From: Alphaproteobacteria bacterium
GTDB lineage: Bacteria; Pseudomonadota; Alphaproteobacteria; UBA7985
NCBI GenBank assembly: GCA_965662775.1
Contig: CBFIIW010000013.1
Coordinates: 5,702-69,701, forward strand
Length of the DNA stretch: 64,000 bases
Reading direction: 5' to 3'
Both the position numbers and the translations under genes were made by a program. The notes under the pieces are model-generated. The model was not told the DNA's origin. It saw only the letters and a list, made by a program, of their open reading frames with translations, and ran no database searches. This document shows, piece after piece, positions 1 through 11,540 of this stretch. How positions within the stretch are numbered: the first letter of the stretch is position 1; every line of letters begins with the position of its first letter.

Positions 1-2445
1 TATGCCCGCGTCAACCAGTACGGCTTCATCGAATCCCCTTATCGCAAGGTCGAAAACGGCAAAGTCACCGACGAAGTGGTTTACTTGTCGGCTATGGAGG
101 AACAGCGCTTTACTGTGGCGCAGGCGAACGCCCCGATTGATGCCAAGAGCAAGCTGACGGAAGACCTTGTTACCGCGCGGTCGAATGGCGAATTCGTGGT
201 GGCGCTGCCCACCGACGTCGATCTGATCGACGTCTCGCCCAAGCAACTGGTCTCAGTTGCTGCCTCGCTGGTTCCGTTCCTGCAGAATGACGATGCAAAC
301 CGTGCGCTCATGGGTTCGAATATGATGCGGCAGGCTGTACCCCTGATCCGTGCCGAAGCGCCGTTCGTTGGCACGGGCATGGAAGCGACTGTCGCACGTG
401 ATTCCGGTGCGACCGTAATTGCTAAGCGCTCGGGTGTGATCGATCAGGTCGATGCCGGTCGTATCGTGATCCGAGAGATGGATTTCGCCTCCGATACGGA
501 AACCGGGGTGGAAATCTACCGTCTTTCGAAGTTCCAACGCTCCAACCAGTCCACTTGCATCATTCAGCGTCCGCTGGTGAAGGTCGGTGACCGTGTGCAA
601 AAAGGCGATATCATCGCTGATGGTCCATCGACCCACCTTGGTGAATTGGCGCTGGGGCGGAACGTGCTGGTCGCGTTCATGCCTTGGCAGGGCTACAACT
701 TCGAGGACTCTATCCTCATCAACGAGCGAATCGTGCGCGACGACGTATTCACCTCGATCCACATCGATGAATACGAAGTCATGGCACGCGATACCAAGCT
801 CGGGCCGGAGGAAATCACCCGCGATATTCCGAACGTTGGTGAAGACGCCCTGCGCAACCTCGATGAAGCAGGTATTGTCTACGTCGGTGCTGAAGTGCAG
901 CCGGGCGATATCCTGATCGGTAAGGTTACGCCAAAGGGCGAAAGCCCCATGACTCCTGAAGAAAAACTACTGCGCGCCATCTTTGGTGAAAAGGCCTCGG
1001 ACGTGCGCGATAGTTCCCTGCGTCTGCCACCGGGTGCTGTAGGAACGATCGTCGACGTTCGCGTGTTCTCCCGCCGGGGCGTTGATAAGGATGAGCGGGC
1101 ACTTGCGATTGAGCGTCAGGAAATCGAAGCCCTCGCCAAGGACCGCGACGACGAGCGCGCTATCATCGAACGTTCGTTCTATTCGCGCCTGAAAGACGTG
1201 CTCTTGGGGCAGGTCGTTCAGGACGGTCCGGAAGGCATCGAAAGGGGTGCCACGATCGACGAAGGCGTGCTGGGGCAGTTCACCCCCGGCCAGTGGCGCC
1301 AGATCGCAGTCGAAAACGACGAGGCGATGAGAGTTCTGGAAAACCTGCGTCAGGAATTCGATGACAAAGTCGACGTGATCCAACGCTGGTTCGAAGACAA
1401 GGTCGAGAAGATCCAGCGCGGCGACGAGCTGCCTCCTGGGGTACTCAAAATGGTCAAGGTCTATGTCGCAGTAAAACGTAAGCTGCAGCCAGGCGACAAA
1501 ATGGCCGGCCGTCATGGCAACAAGGGTGTGATCTCCAAGATCAACCCGTCCGAAGACATGCCATTCCTCGAAGACGGTACGCCGGTTGACATCGTGCTCA
1601 ATCCACTGGGCGTGCCATCGCGGATGAACATCGGACAGATCCTTGAAACCCACTTGGGTTGGGCTGCGCGTGGCATCGGTCGACAGATTGGTGATGCCGT
1701 CCGCGCCTACAAGCTGGGTCGCGAAGGTGCGATGACCGAAATCAATCAGCAGCTCGCCGATATCTATGACCCCGAGGAACTCGATGGTCTAGAGGAAGGT
1801 GACCGGCTGGAAGTCGCGACCAATGTCAGCTCTGGTGTACCATTTGCCACCCCGGTTTTTGACGGCGCCAAGGAATCCGACATCGTCAAGATGCTGGAAT
1901 ATGCTGGTCTAGACGGCTCAGGTCAGGTGCAACTCTATGATGGTCGTACGGGGGATCCGTTCGATCGTCCCGTTACGGTAGGCTACAAGTACCTGCTCAA
2001 GCTGCACCACTTGGTTGATGATAAGATTCACGCCCGTTCCATCGGTCCTTACTCACTTGTTACCCAACAGCCGCTGGGTGGTAAGGCGCAGTTCGGTGGC
2101 CAGCGCTTTGGCGAGATGGAGGTCTGGGCGCTGCAGGCATACGGGGCAGCCTACACGCTGCAGGAAATGCTGACGGTCAAGTCGGACGACGTGGCGGGCC
2201 GGACCAAGGTCTATGAATCCATCGTCCGCGGCGATGATAACTTCGAAGCCGGTATCCCGGAATCCTTCAACGTTCTGATCAAAGAACTGCGCGCGTTGTG
2301 TCTCAACGTCGACCTGCGCCAGACCCAAGTGATCGACGGCGGTGGATTGGGAGAAGGCCAGGAGCCGACGCTGCAGTCTGTGTTTGGGGAGGGCGCGCGC
2401 GCGCCAAGCCAGCAACCGCAAGACGACATCAATCCGTTTGAATAG
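1..2445 (+). CDS. rpoB: RNA polymerase beta subunit, 5'-truncated by the window edge
   Basis: Frame 1 is open from base 1 ([17 protein letters not shown]). Motifs [21 protein letters not shown] and [13 protein letters not shown]. Confidence 0.99.
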   Translation, partial: YARVNQYGFIESPYRKVENGKVTDEVVYLSAMEEQRFTVAQANAPIDAKSKLTEDLVTARSNGEFVVALPTDVDLIDVSPKQLVSVAASLVPFLQNDDANRALMGSNMMRQAVPLIRAEAPFVGTGMEATVARDSGATVIAKRSGVIDQVDAGRIVIREMDFASDTETGVEIYRLSKFQRSNQSTCIIQRPLVKVGDRVQKGDIIADGPSTHLGELALGRNVLVAFMPWQGYNFEDSILINERIVRDDVFTSIHIDEYEVMARDTKLGPEEITRDIPNVGEDALRNLDEAGIVYVGAEVQPGDILIGKVTPKGESPMTPEEKLLRAIFGEKASDVRDSSLRLPPGAVGTIVDVRVFSRRGVDKDERALAIERQEIEALAKDRDDERAIIERSFYSRLKDVLLGQVVQDGPEGIERGATIDEGVLGQFTPGQWRQIAVENDEAMRVLENLRQEFDDKVDVIQRWFEDKVEKIQRGDELPPGVLKMVKVYVAVKRKLQPGDKMAGRHGNKGVISKINPSEDMPFLEDGTPVDIVLNPLGVPSRMNIGQILETHLGWAARGIGRQIGDAVRAYKLGREGAMTEINQQLADIYDPEELDGLEEGDRLEVATNVSSGVPFATPVFDGAKESDIVKMLEYAGLDGSGQVQLYDGRTGDPFDRPVTVGYKYLLKLHHLVDDKIHARSIGPYSLVTQQPLGGKAQFGGQRFGEMEVWALQAYGAAYTLQEMLTVKSDDVAGRTKVYESIVRGDDNFEAGIPESFNVLIKELRALCLNVDLRQTQVIDGGGLGEGQEPTLQSVFGEGARAPSQQPQDDINPFE

Positions 2446-2552
2446 CCGCGGCCTCTGAGCCGTTTCGGGGAACCTGGGACCAGGCCGCAAGGTCGGCGCC
2501 CCGGGTCACTCCGGGCAAGCCCGCAGAATTCACCCCTTCATGGGAGCCTGAC

Positions 2553-5500
2553 ATGAACGAAATCAGCAAAATCTTTGGCCAGGAATCCGGTCTTGAAGCC
2601 TTTGACAGCCTGAAGATCAGCATCGCCAGCCCTGAGCGAATCCGCTCGTGGTCCTTTGGCGAAGTCAAAAAGCCTGAGACCATTAACTATCGAACCTTCA
2701 AGCCTGAGCGCGATGGCTTGTTCTGCGCCAAGATCTTCGGCCCCGTGAAAGATTACGAGTGCCTGTGCGGCAAGTACAAGCGCATGAAGTACAAGGGCAT
2801 TATCTGTGAGAAGTGCGGCGTTGAAGTCACGCTCTCCAAGGTTCGTCGCGAGCGCATGGGGCACATCGACCTTGCGGCCCCGGTTGCCCACATCTGGTTT
2901 CTGAAATCGCTTCCGTCCCGCATCGGTCTGATGCTTGATATGACGCTCAAAGATCTGGAGCGCGTGCTCTACTTCGAGAGCTTTGTGGTCGTCGACCCTG
3001 GCGTGACCAGCATGACCCTGCACCAGCTACTGAGCGAAGAGCAGTATTACCAGGCGCAGGATGACTTTGGTGAAGACAGCTTTACAGCCAAGATTGGTGC
3101 TGAAGCACTCAAGCACCTGCTGATGGACCTTGATCTGCCGTTTGAAAAGGAAACGCTGCGGCACGAACTCCGAGAGACGAACTCCGAAGCCAAGCGCAAG
3201 AAGTTGGTCAAGCGCCTGAAGCTTATCGAGAACCTGATCGAATCCGGTTCCAAGCCGGAGTGGATGGTTCTCGATGTACTGCCGGTAATTCCGCCGGAGC
3301 TGCGCCCGTTGGTGCCACTGGACGGTGGCCGGTTTGCGACCTCCGACCTGAATGATCTCTACCGCCGCGTGATAAACCGGAACAACCGCCTGAAGCGGCT
3401 GATCGAGCTGCGCGCACCGGACATCATCATTCGTAACGAAAAACGCATGCTGCAAGAATCCGTTGATGCCCTGTTCGACAACGGCCGCCGTGGTCGGGTG
3501 ATCACCGGCGCAAACAAACGTCCGCTAAAGTCGCTGTCCGACATGCTTAAGGGTAAGCAGGGACGCTTCCGTCAAAACTTGCTTGGCAAGCGCGTTGACT
3601 ACTCTGGTCGTTCGGTAATCGTGGTGGGGCCAACGCTGAAACTGCATCAATGTGGTATCCCGAAGAAGATGGCATTGGAGTTGTTTAAGCCATTCATCTA
3701 CGCCAAGCTGGAACTCTATGGTCTTGCCGCGACCATTAAGGCTGCCAAGCGCATGGTGGAGAAGGAGCGGCCCGAGGTGTGGGATATCCTTGAAGAGGTT
3801 ATTCGCGAGCACCCGGTCATGCTGAACCGGGCACCGACGCTGCACCGGCTTGGTATCCAGGCCTTTGAACCCGTTCTTGTTGAGGGCAAGGCCATCAACC
3901 TGCACCCGCTGGTCTGTACGGCTTTCAATGCCGACTTCGACGGTGACCAGATGGCGGTGCACGTGCCTCTGTCGCTCGAAGCACAGCTCGAAGCCCGCTG
4001 TCTGATGATGTCGACCAACAACATCCTTTCCCCTTCGAATGGCGAACCGATTATTGTACCGAGCCAGGATATCGTTCTCGGGATCTACTACCTTTCCATG
4101 GAAGGTGAGGAAGACGAGATTGGGACAGGTTCTGTCTTCGGTTCTGCGCAGGAAGTACGCCACGCGCTGGCGGCCAACGCAGTTTCCATGCACGCCAAAA
4201 TTCGCGCCCGGGTGGCTGATCTGGATGAAAGCGGCGAGCCCATCGTCCATGTCCGCGAAACCACGCCAGGCCGGGTTCTGCTGGCCGACGTTCTGCCCAG
4301 CCCGATGCCCGTTGCGTTTGACACGGTCAACAAGGTGCTGACCAAGAAGGAAACCTCCAAACTGATCAACGCCGTTTACCGGTCAACAGGGCAGAAAGAC
4401 ACTGTCCTGTTCGCTGATGCGCTGATGGCGCTGGGCTTCCAGCACGCGGCCTCGGCCGGTATTTCCTTCGGTAAGGACGATCTCGTGATCCCTGACAATA
4501 AGTGGGACATTGTTGGAGAGGCGCAGGAGCAGATCAAAGACTTCGAACAGCAGTATCAGGACGGCCTGATCACGTCCGGAGAGAAGTATAACAAAGTTGT
4601 CGACGTTTGGTCGCAGTGCACGGAGCGCGTGACCGAGGCGATGATGCAGGGCATTGCCCGGAAGAAGGGCCGAGACATGAACTCGGTTTACATGATGGCG
4701 CACTCCGGCGCGCGTGGTTCCATTACCCAGATGCGTCAGTCGGCAGCGATGCGCGGGTTGTTATCCAAATCTGATGGAACGATCATTGAGACGCCGATTA
4801 TCTCGAACTTCAAAGAAGGTCTGACGGCACTCGAATACTTCAACTCAGCCAACGGTGCTCGCAAGGGTCTGACGGACACGGCATTGAAGACGGCAAACTC
4901 GGGTTATCTGACGCGCCGTTTGGTAGACGTGGCTCAGGACGCCGTGATTATTGAGGATGACTGTGGCACGACCCAGGGTCTCGCCAAGCGCGCTTTCGTT
5001 GAAGGCGGTGATGTAAAAGTGTCTTTGGGCGAGCAGATCCTAGGCCGGACAGCGATTGGCGACATCAGCCATCCGCAAACCGGTGAGGTCATTGTCAGTG
5101 ACGGCGAGATGGTGGTCGAAGCCCACCTGTCGGCTATCGACGAGGCCAAGATTGACGAAGTAACAATCCGTTCGGTGCTGACCTGTGAAACCCGCAATGG
5201 TATCTGTGCCAAGTGTTACGGTCGTGACCTCGCGCGCGGTGAAGCAGTGAACATGGGTGAGGCCGTGGGCGTAATCGCGGCGCAGTCTATCGGTGAGCCT
5301 GGTACGCAGCTCACGATGCGGACCTTCCACATCGGCGGTGCGGCACAGGGTGGCTCCGAGCAGTCCACGATCGAGGCTCCGGTTGATGCCAAAATTGAGA
5401 TCCGCAACCCCAACGTGGTGACAGACCGTGATGGGCGTTTGGTGGTCATGGGCCGAAACACAGAGCTGTCTCTGGTCGATGAAGACGGGCGTGAGCGCGC

Positions 5501-6878
5501 AAACTTCCGCCTGACCTATGGCGCGCGGGTTCTGGTTACTGAAGGCAAGGCAGTGAAAGCCGGCGACAAGCTCGCTGAGTGGGACCCCTACACTGTACCG
5601 ATCATTACCGAGAAGCCAGGCAAGGCCAACTATATGGACCTGGTCGAAGGCATTTCGATGACAGAAGTCACAGACGAAACCACCGGCATTTCAAGCCGGG
5701 TTGTGACGGACTGGAAACAGCAGCCACGGGGTGAAAACCTGCGCCCACGTATCACGCTGCGTAACGATGCTGGCGAAGTGATCGAGCTGACCAACGGCAT
5801 GGAAGCGCGCTACTTCCTGTCGGTCGACGCGATCCTGTCCGTTGAGCCTGGTCAGGACGTAAAGGCCGGCGATGTGCTCGCGCGTATCCCGAAGGAAGGT
5901 TCCAAGACACGCGACATTACCGGCGGTCTGCCACGGGTGGCCGAGCTGTTTGAAGCCCGTCGCCCGAAGGATCACGCGGTCATCGCTGAGATGGATGGTC
6001 GCGTCGAATTCGGACGCGACTACAAGGCCAAGCGCCGGGTTGTCATCCGTCCGGAAGAGGAAGGCGCGGATCCGGCCGAGTACATGATCCCCAAGGGCAA
6101 GCACCTCGCCGTTCAGGAGGGCGACTTCGTGCGCAAGGGTGATTTGCTGCTCGAGGGTAATCCTGTGCCACACGACATTCTTGAGGTGCTGGGGATTGAA
6201 GCGCTGGCGAACTACCTGATCAACGAGATCCAAGATGTCTACCGGCTCCAGGGCGTGAAGATCAACGACAAGCACATCGAGGTCATGGTGCGCCAGATGC
6301 TGCAGAAGGTGGAGATTGTCGATCCTGGCGAGACCACGCTGCTTGCCGGTGAGCAGATCGATCGCGAGGAGTTCGAGGAAGAGAATGAAAAGGCCATGCG
6401 TGAGGGGCTCAAGCTGGCATCGGCTAAGCCGGTGTTGTTGGGCATCACCAAGGCTTCGCTGCAGACGCGTTCGTTCATCTCTGCGGCTTCGTTCCAGGAG
6501 ACGACCCGCGTCCTGACTGAGGCGGCTGTCTCGGGCAAGATGGATGGTCTCTCAGGGCTGAAGGAGAACGTGATCGTCGGTCGCCTGATCCCGGCCGGGA
6601 CTGGGGCCTATGTCAATCGGATGCGTCAGGTGGCCAAGGACAAGGACCGCGAGATGGAGGCACTTGATGCTGCCAAGCGGGCCAAGGGCCGCACGCCTGA
6701 TCTGTCATTCGGTGATGGCGAGCAGCCTGCTCTGCCTGATGATTTGAGCTTTGGCGAAGCCATTTCGTCGGGCGAGGAGGCAGCTGCGGCTGAGCCACAG
6801 CGTCGGCCGATGTCGATCACGGAGGAGTTGCTGCCTGGAACGGGTGAACAACCGGACTTTGGCAACAAGGGCGAGTAG
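2553..6878 (+). CDS. rpoC: RNA polymerase beta' subunit
   Basis: Catalytic NADFDGD motif, N-terminal Zn-finger cysteines, TQLTMRTFH trigger loop; follows rpoB. Confidence 0.99.
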   Translation: MNEISKIFGQESGLEAFDSLKISIASPERIRSWSFGEVKKPETINYRTFKPERDGLFCAKIFGPVKDYECLCGKYKRMKYKGIICEKCGVEVTLSKVRRERMGHIDLAAPVAHIWFLKSLPSRIGLMLDMTLKDLERVLYFESFVVVDPGVTSMTLHQLLSEEQYYQAQDDFGEDSFTAKIGAEALKHLLMDLDLPFEKETLRHELRETNSEAKRKKLVKRLKLIENLIESGSKPEWMVLDVLPVIPPELRPLVPLDGGRFATSDLNDLYRRVINRNNRLKRLIELRAPDIIIRNEKRMLQESVDALFDNGRRGRVITGANKRPLKSLSDMLKGKQGRFRQNLLGKRVDYSGRSVIVVGPTLKLHQCGIPKKMALELFKPFIYAKLELYGLAATIKAAKRMVEKERPEVWDILEEVIREHPVMLNRAPTLHRLGIQAFEPVLVEGKAINLHPLVCTAFNADFDGDQMAVHVPLSLEAQLEARCLMMSTNNILSPSNGEPIIVPSQDIVLGIYYLSMEGEEDEIGTGSVFGSAQEVRHALAANAVSMHAKIRARVADLDESGEPIVHVRETTPGRVLLADVLPSPMPVAFDTVNKVLTKKETSKLINAVYRSTGQKDTVLFADALMALGFQHAASAGISFGKDDLVIPDNKWDIVGEAQEQIKDFEQQYQDGLITSGEKYNKVVDVWSQCTERVTEAMMQGIARKKGRDMNSVYMMAHSGARGSITQMRQSAAMRGLLSKSDGTIIETPIISNFKEGLTALEYFNSANGARKGLTDTALKTANSGYLTRRLVDVAQDAVIIEDDCGTTQGLAKRAFVEGGDVKVSLGEQILGRTAIGDISHPQTGEVIVSDGEMVVEAHLSAIDEAKIDEVTIRSVLTCETRNGICAKCYGRDLARGEAVNMGEAVGVIAAQSIGEPGTQLTMRTFHIGGAAQGGSEQSTIEAPVDAKIEIRNPNVVTDRDGRLVVMGRNTELSLVDEDGRERANFRLTYGARVLVTEGKAVKAGDKLAEWDPYTVPIITEKPGKANYMDLVEGISMTEVTDETTGISSRVVTDWKQQPRGENLRPRITLRNDAGEVIELTNGMEARYFLSVDAILSVEPGQDVKAGDVLARIPKEGSKTRDITGGLPRVAELFEARRPKDHAVIAEMDGRVEFGRDYKAKRRVVIRPEEEGADPAEYMIPKGKHLAVQEGDFVRKGDLLLEGNPVPHDILEVLGIEALANYLINEIQDVYRLQGVKINDKHIEVMVRQMLQKVEIVDPGETTLLAGEQIDREEFEEENEKAMREGLKLASAKPVLLGITKASLQTRSFISAASFQETTRVLTEAAVSGKMDGLSGLKENVIVGRLIPAGTGAYVNRMRQVAKDKDREMEALDAAKRAKGRTPDLSFGDGEQPALPDDLSFGEAISSGEEAAAAEPQRRPMSITEELLPGTGEQPDFGNKGE

Positions 6879-6925
6879 TAGCAAGGCTCTGGGCTCTGGC
6901 CCAAGACAGTTGCAGGCTGATAGAC

Positions 6926-6964
6926 AAAAAGGGCGCGGCACCGGAAAGGGGCTGCGCCCTTTTT
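6926..6964 (+). terminator. Intrinsic terminator after rpoC
   Basis: AAAAAGGGCGCGGC...GCTGCGCCCTTTTT stem followed by a U-tract. Confidence 0.85.
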
Positions 6965-6993
6965 AATTTTTATATCTGAGGGAGGTACAGAGC

Positions 6994-7428
6994 ATGCAAA
7001 ACAGTCTTAAGGCTATGCCGCGCTTTCATTTGGCTTTTCCAGTCCTCGATAAAGAAGAAACACGATTCTTCTACCGTGATGTTCTGGGATGCCGGGTGGG
7101 CCGGGAAGCGGAAGCATGGATTGATTTTGACCTGTGGGGGCACCAAATCTCGGCGCACGTCAAGCCAGACGAGTGTGCGGCGGCTCGGACCAATGGGGTT
7201 GATGGAGACTCAGTGCCTGTCCGGCATTTTGGTGCAATTCTAGAATGGGTTGATTGGGAGGCTCTGCGCGACCGGTTGCAGGCGGCAGGGGTGATATGGC
7301 TCATCGAGCCGAAGGTCCGATTTCGGGGTGAGCCCGGAGAACAAGGGACAATGTTCTGCCTTGATCCATCGGGGAATGCGCTGGAGTTCAAGACGTTCAA
7401 GTCCATGGACAGCGTATTCGCCACCTGA
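6994..7428 (+). CDS. VOC/glyoxalase (extradiol dioxygenase-like) family protein
   Basis: FHLAFPV, HQISAH, HFG and DPSGNALEFK motifs; GGAGG Shine-Dalgarno (SD) upstream. Confidence 0.9.
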   Translation: MQNSLKAMPRFHLAFPVLDKEETRFFYRDVLGCRVGREAEAWIDFDLWGHQISAHVKPDECAAARTNGVDGDSVPVRHFGAILEWVDWEALRDRLQAAGVIWLIEPKVRFRGEPGEQGTMFCLDPSGNALEFKTFKSMDSVFAT

Positions 7429-7439
7429 CGGCGGGCTTT

Positions 7440-7592
7440 TGGCGTGCTCGATTTGACGCCGCTTCGCGGCTTACAAATCTCCCACGCGCAACTCAATGGA
7501 CACCCCGGGCTTCGCACGGTGTGCCGTTTTTTGTTTTCAGTTGCGCGTGCTTGGGCCGAAGGCCGCGAAGCGGCCAAGGCACGAGCGCGCCA
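7440..7592. repeat. Imperfect 153-bp palindrome (REP-doublet/MITE-like)
   Basis: Three nested inverted pairs: 7440-7450/7582-7592, 7458-7470/7562-7574 and 7483-7493/7539-7549, with equal 7-nt and 12-nt spacers on both arms. Confidence 0.7.
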
Positions 7593-7716
7593 CGTCAATG
7601 TTCAGGACAAAATGTCCATGCCGCCACTAGCAGGACTATCACAAGCTCAAACGAACGAATTGCGCGACGCGCTGGTGAGACCGCGAAGCGGTCGAGACAG
7701 GGGCGGCGCAACCTCC

Positions 7717-8892
7717 TCAATCCTGCAGCAGGTATCCGCCGGCGCGCTCTTCCAGAATTTTGCGGCCCACAATCTTCATCACGCAATCACCCGGAAAGAC
7801 GAGCTTTTGCATCAATCGTGACAGAACGAAGCCATCCGTGCCGGCCAGCAGCGGCGTCCTCGCTTCGACCGGATCCAGCACAGTCGGGTCCACCACATCG
7901 GCGACATGTTGTCCGCGCTGAACCTGATCCCCGATCCGGACGTGATAAGCGATGATTCCGGGACGGTTGGTTCTCAGCATTTGCGTCGCCTCAAGCGGCA
8001 GGCCTTCCGCCTCTAGCTTTGGCAACGGTGCTGCTTCCGCCTCAATAAACCCGCGCGAACAGAGGATACTGAACAGATGCCCTGCATCGTCCGCTGCGAT
8101 AGCATCGTCCACGTCGGCCCAACCGGCATATTCAAAGGTCGCCGAGGGGCAGGAAAGCGGGATCGGATGATCAGGAAAGCGCGCTTGCAGCCGCGTCCAT
8201 ACCGTGGACAGGCACTCATCGAAGCTGCCTCCGCCACTATCGGCTGCGGTTAGCGCCACCATCGAGCGGCTTGCCGCTGCGATGTCCTGCCAGTCCGGCC
8301 ATTGTTCCGGGATGATGAACAAATGCCGCCCGCTGTCATCATCGCAGTGCAGGTCCCAGACCATATCTGCGTCATAGCAAAGCCCGAGGATAGCCTTTCG
8401 GAAGCGGTCGAGCACACTCACCGGCTTGCGCGCCGCGAGCGCTTCACCGATGGCCTTGCGAATCAGGGCCACGTTGGCATCCGGATCAGGACCGAGCCCG
8501 GCACCGATGGTCTCGATCACCGCCTCAGTCAGCAGTTCCCAGCCCCGATTATGGTTCTTCCCGTTGGCCAAGTGAAAGCGACCCACGTGCTTATCGCGGA
8601 AGAGCACCTGTGCTCCGCCGAGTGGATTAGCCTGGGGCAGAACGATTACCTCACCCGGGATCTGACCACCTTCTGCAGCTGTCTGTAGCAGCGGCAGTAA
8701 ATGATGAAGTATCAGCATCCCTGGCGTTTCGTCCGCGTGGAGCGCTGCTTGCATGTAGATTTTTGGGGCTCCTACCCGGCCTTCACCGAAGCGAAACACG
8801 CGTAGATTATAAAAAGTACCTTGAAAATCACCTTCTAGTTTAACATCTTCAATGCGGACGTGACTCATGCTTCGGTTTTCCCCAGATGACAT
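7717..8892 (-). CDS. Succinylglutamate desuccinylase/aspartoacylase family (M14-like) hydrolase
   Basis: QAALHADE, NHNR and DLHCD zinc motifs; C-terminal biotinyl-like domain. Start is 8892 or 8868. Confidence 0.88.
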   Translation of the reverse strand: MSSGENRSMSHVRIEDVKLEGDFQGTFYNLRVFRFGEGRVGAPKIYMQAALHADETPGMLILHHLLPLLQTAAEGGQIPGEVIVLPQANPLGGAQVLFRDKHVGRFHLANGKNHNRGWELLTEAVIETIGAGLGPDPDANVALIRKAIGEALAARKPVSVLDRFRKAILGLCYDADMVWDLHCDDDSGRHLFIIPEQWPDWQDIAAASRSMVALTAADSGGGSFDECLSTVWTRLQARFPDHPIPLSCPSATFEYAGWADVDDAIAADDAGHLFSILCSRGFIEAEAAPLPKLEAEGLPLEATQMLRTNRPGIIAYHVRIGDQVQRGQHVADVVDPTVLDPVEARTPLLAGTDGFVLSRLMQKLVFPGDCVMKIVGRKILEERAGGYLLQD

Positions 8893-8944
8893 GGAACCGC
8901 CCCTGTTCGCGACGCGTAATCTCATTGGCGCCGGTGGCGGTGGT

Positions 8945-8959
8945 GTTCTACATTCGTCC
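8945..8959 (+). promoter_or_regulatory. Possible alphaproteobacterial LexA box upstream of uvrD
   Basis: GTTC-N7-GTCC, one mismatch to GTTC-N7-GTTC, ending 1 nt before the ATG at 8961. Confidence 0.4.
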
Positions 8960-8960
8960 C

Positions 8961-11540
8961 ATGACCGAGGATTTGTCCAGCCCCCTGATTAACAACGGAA
9001 CTGATCTGCCAGCTGGCCCAAAGCCCAGGGCGGCAAAGGTGCCAGAGGTTAACACACTTGCCGGCAAGCACCCTGAACCGCACGCCGACCCGCAAGCTGG
9101 CATGCGGGCTGCATCGACTGCGTCGACTGCAGCGGATGCCAGGTCGCCAACCGGGCCAGCTTACCTTCACGGGCTGAACCCCCCACAACGCGAAGCCGTC
9201 GAAACCCTCGCCGGACCTGTGCTGGTGCTTGCAGGCGCTGGGACGGGAAAGACCCGCGCCCTGACCACCCGGATCGGCCACTTGCTGATCACAGGAACTG
9301 CGCGACCACAGGAACTGCTGGCGGTGACCTTCACCAACAAGGCAGCGGGTGAAATGCGAGACCGGGTCGAGGCCCTGATCGGTCAGCCAACCACGGGCTG
9401 GTGGCTGGGTACGTTCCACAGTCTCGCTGCCCGGATCCTACGCATTCATGCTGGCGCGCTCGGGGCAGAAAGTTTCAATCAAAACTTCACTATCCTTGAT
9501 GATGACGATCAGCTGCGGCTGCTCAAAGCGCTGATGACCGACGTCAACATAGACCCGAAGGCGCACAGCCCGCGCGCGGTACTCACAGCCATCAGCCGCT
9601 GGAAAGATCGCGGCTGGACACCAGACAAGGTGCCGCTGGACGATATCCCGCAGGGTCTGTGCGAAGGCCGTCTGGGCAAGATCTATCAGGCCTATCAGGA
9701 TCGCCTACTGGCACTAAACGCAGCCGATTTCGGCGACCTGCTGCTACACAACCTTAGCCTCTTCCAGACCAACAGGGCGATACTCGAAACCTATCAGCAT
9801 CGGTTTCGCTTTATCCTCGTAGACGAATATCAGGACACCAACGTCGCTCAGTATCTTTGGCTGCGCCTCCTTGCAGCCAAACACCAGAACATCGCCTGTG
9901 TGGGTGACGACGATCAGTCAATCTACGGATGGCGTGGGGCTGAGGTCGGCAACATCCTGCGCTTTGAGACCGATTACCCGGCAGCCAAAACCATCCGCCT
10001 GGAGCAGAACTACCGCTCAACCGGCAACATCCTTGCGGCTGCGTCAGCCCTGATCGCGCACAACAGCGAGCGGCTGGGTAAGACGCTGTTCACTGACGAC
10101 CAGCCTGGCCCTCCATTGCGCGTACGCGGCTTGCCTGACGGCAACGAGGAAGCACGCTACATCACCGACGAGATCGAGCGCCTGCACCGTGAGGGGCGCG
10201 ACTACCGAGAGTTCGCCATCCTCGTGCGCTCGTCTTCGATGATGCGCGCGATCGAGGAGCGGATGATCGACGTTGGCCTACCCTACCGTGTTTTTGGGGG
10301 GCCACGCTTTTATGAACGCCGCGAAATTCGCGACGCAATCGCCTACCTGCGGCTGGTGCGCCAGCCCGACGATGACCTGGCCTTTGAGCGCATCATCAAC
10401 GTACCCAAGCGCGGCATAGGTCAGACGACGGCGCAGCGCGTGCTGTCCTTTGCTCGCATGAATCAGATCAGCGCCATGCGCGCCGTTGACCAGCTGGTCG
10501 GCAGCGATGAGCTACCCGCCGCAGCACGCAAGAAACTGGTCGGCTTCCGGGCCATGGTCGACCAGTGGCGAGAGTTAATGAATGCCACCGAACATACGGA
10601 ATTGGCCGAGCAGATTCTCGACGACAGCGGCTACCGTGACATGTGGCGTAACGAAAAGACTGCCGATGCACGCGGGCGGCTCGAAAACCTCGATGAGCTG
10701 GTCGGCTCCATGGGCAACTTTGACTCCCTGGCTGGCTTTCTCGAACACATTTCATTGGTCCTGGACACCAATGCCGGCAGTGGCGGAGACGAGCTGTCCC
10801 TCATGACCCTACACGCGGCAAAGGGTATGGAGTTTCCGGTGGTCTTCCTGCCCGGCTGGGAAGACGGCGCTTTTCCCAACATGCGCGCAATGACTGAAAG
10901 CGGCGATAAGGGGCTGGAAGAGGAACGCCGGTTGGCTTACGTCGGGATTACCCGCGCGCGCCAGGAGCTCTTCATCCTCTATGTCGGGAGCCGCTTTCTT
11001 CACGGCCAATGGAACTACGCGCGCCCTTCACGGTTTGTCGAAGAATTGCCGGCCGACGTGCTCGATATCGACGACATTTCTGGAGCTTCGATGTTCGCCG
11101 CCGTAACCGGGAGAGATAGTCGCAACGATGGCACAGAGGGCTATGGCGCCAGTGGATTTGATGCGGGTGGCGGCCTCGCTCAACATTACGGCGGTGGGGC
11201 AGCGGGCGCGCGTGATCTGGGTGCGCTGCCGCCGCTGGAATGGGCAGAGCGGCGTAGCTTCCGCGGCATTGACAGCCCCGGCATGAATCGGCTCAAGCAA
11301 AACCTCAAACAGGTCAAGCAGGGCTCACCGCCCGTCATCGACGGAAGCTTTGACCCTATCGGCCTTGCCAGCCAAGGCGCGAATCACAATTTTGAGTTGA
11401 GCCAACGCGTCTTCCATCGCAAATTCGGCTATGGGCGGATCATCACGGTTGAAGGCGAAAAGCTAGTGATCAATTTCGACGCGGCGGGCGAGAAACGGGT
11501 GATGGCGTCTTTCGTGGTTGATGCGGCCGAGGCCAGCTAG
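8961..11540 (+). CDS. uvrD: UvrD/PcrA SF1 DNA helicase
   Basis: AGAGTGKT, TFTNKAA, VDEYQDTN, EERRLAYVGITRA; C-terminal RVFHRKFGYG Tudor-like domain. Start inferred. Confidence 0.95.
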   Translation: MTEDLSSPLINNGTDLPAGPKPRAAKVPEVNTLAGKHPEPHADPQAGMRAASTASTAADARSPTGPAYLHGLNPPQREAVETLAGPVLVLAGAGTGKTRALTTRIGHLLITGTARPQELLAVTFTNKAAGEMRDRVEALIGQPTTGWWLGTFHSLAARILRIHAGALGAESFNQNFTILDDDDQLRLLKALMTDVNIDPKAHSPRAVLTAISRWKDRGWTPDKVPLDDIPQGLCEGRLGKIYQAYQDRLLALNAADFGDLLLHNLSLFQTNRAILETYQHRFRFILVDEYQDTNVAQYLWLRLLAAKHQNIACVGDDDQSIYGWRGAEVGNILRFETDYPAAKTIRLEQNYRSTGNILAAASALIAHNSERLGKTLFTDDQPGPPLRVRGLPDGNEEARYITDEIERLHREGRDYREFAILVRSSSMMRAIEERMIDVGLPYRVFGGPRFYERREIRDAIAYLRLVRQPDDDLAFERIINVPKRGIGQTTAQRVLSFARMNQISAMRAVDQLVGSDELPAAARKKLVGFRAMVDQWRELMNATEHTELAEQILDDSGYRDMWRNEKTADARGRLENLDELVGSMGNFDSLAGFLEHISLVLDTNAGSGGDELSLMTLHAAKGMEFPVVFLPGWEDGAFPNMRAMTESGDKGLEEERRLAYVGITRARQELFILYVGSRFLHGQWNYARPSRFVEELPADVLDIDDISGASMFAAVTGRDSRNDGTEGYGASGFDAGGGLAQHYGGGAAGARDLGALPPLEWAERRSFRGIDSPGMNRLKQNLKQVKQGSPPVIDGSFDPIGLASQGANHNFELSQRVFHRKFGYGRIITVEGEKLVINFDAAGEKRVMASFVVDAAEAS

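Noticed and set aside
7444-7955. ORFs 7444-7821 and 7521-7955
   Set aside because: They overlap the palindromic element and the antisense of the hydrolase gene, with no protein motifs.
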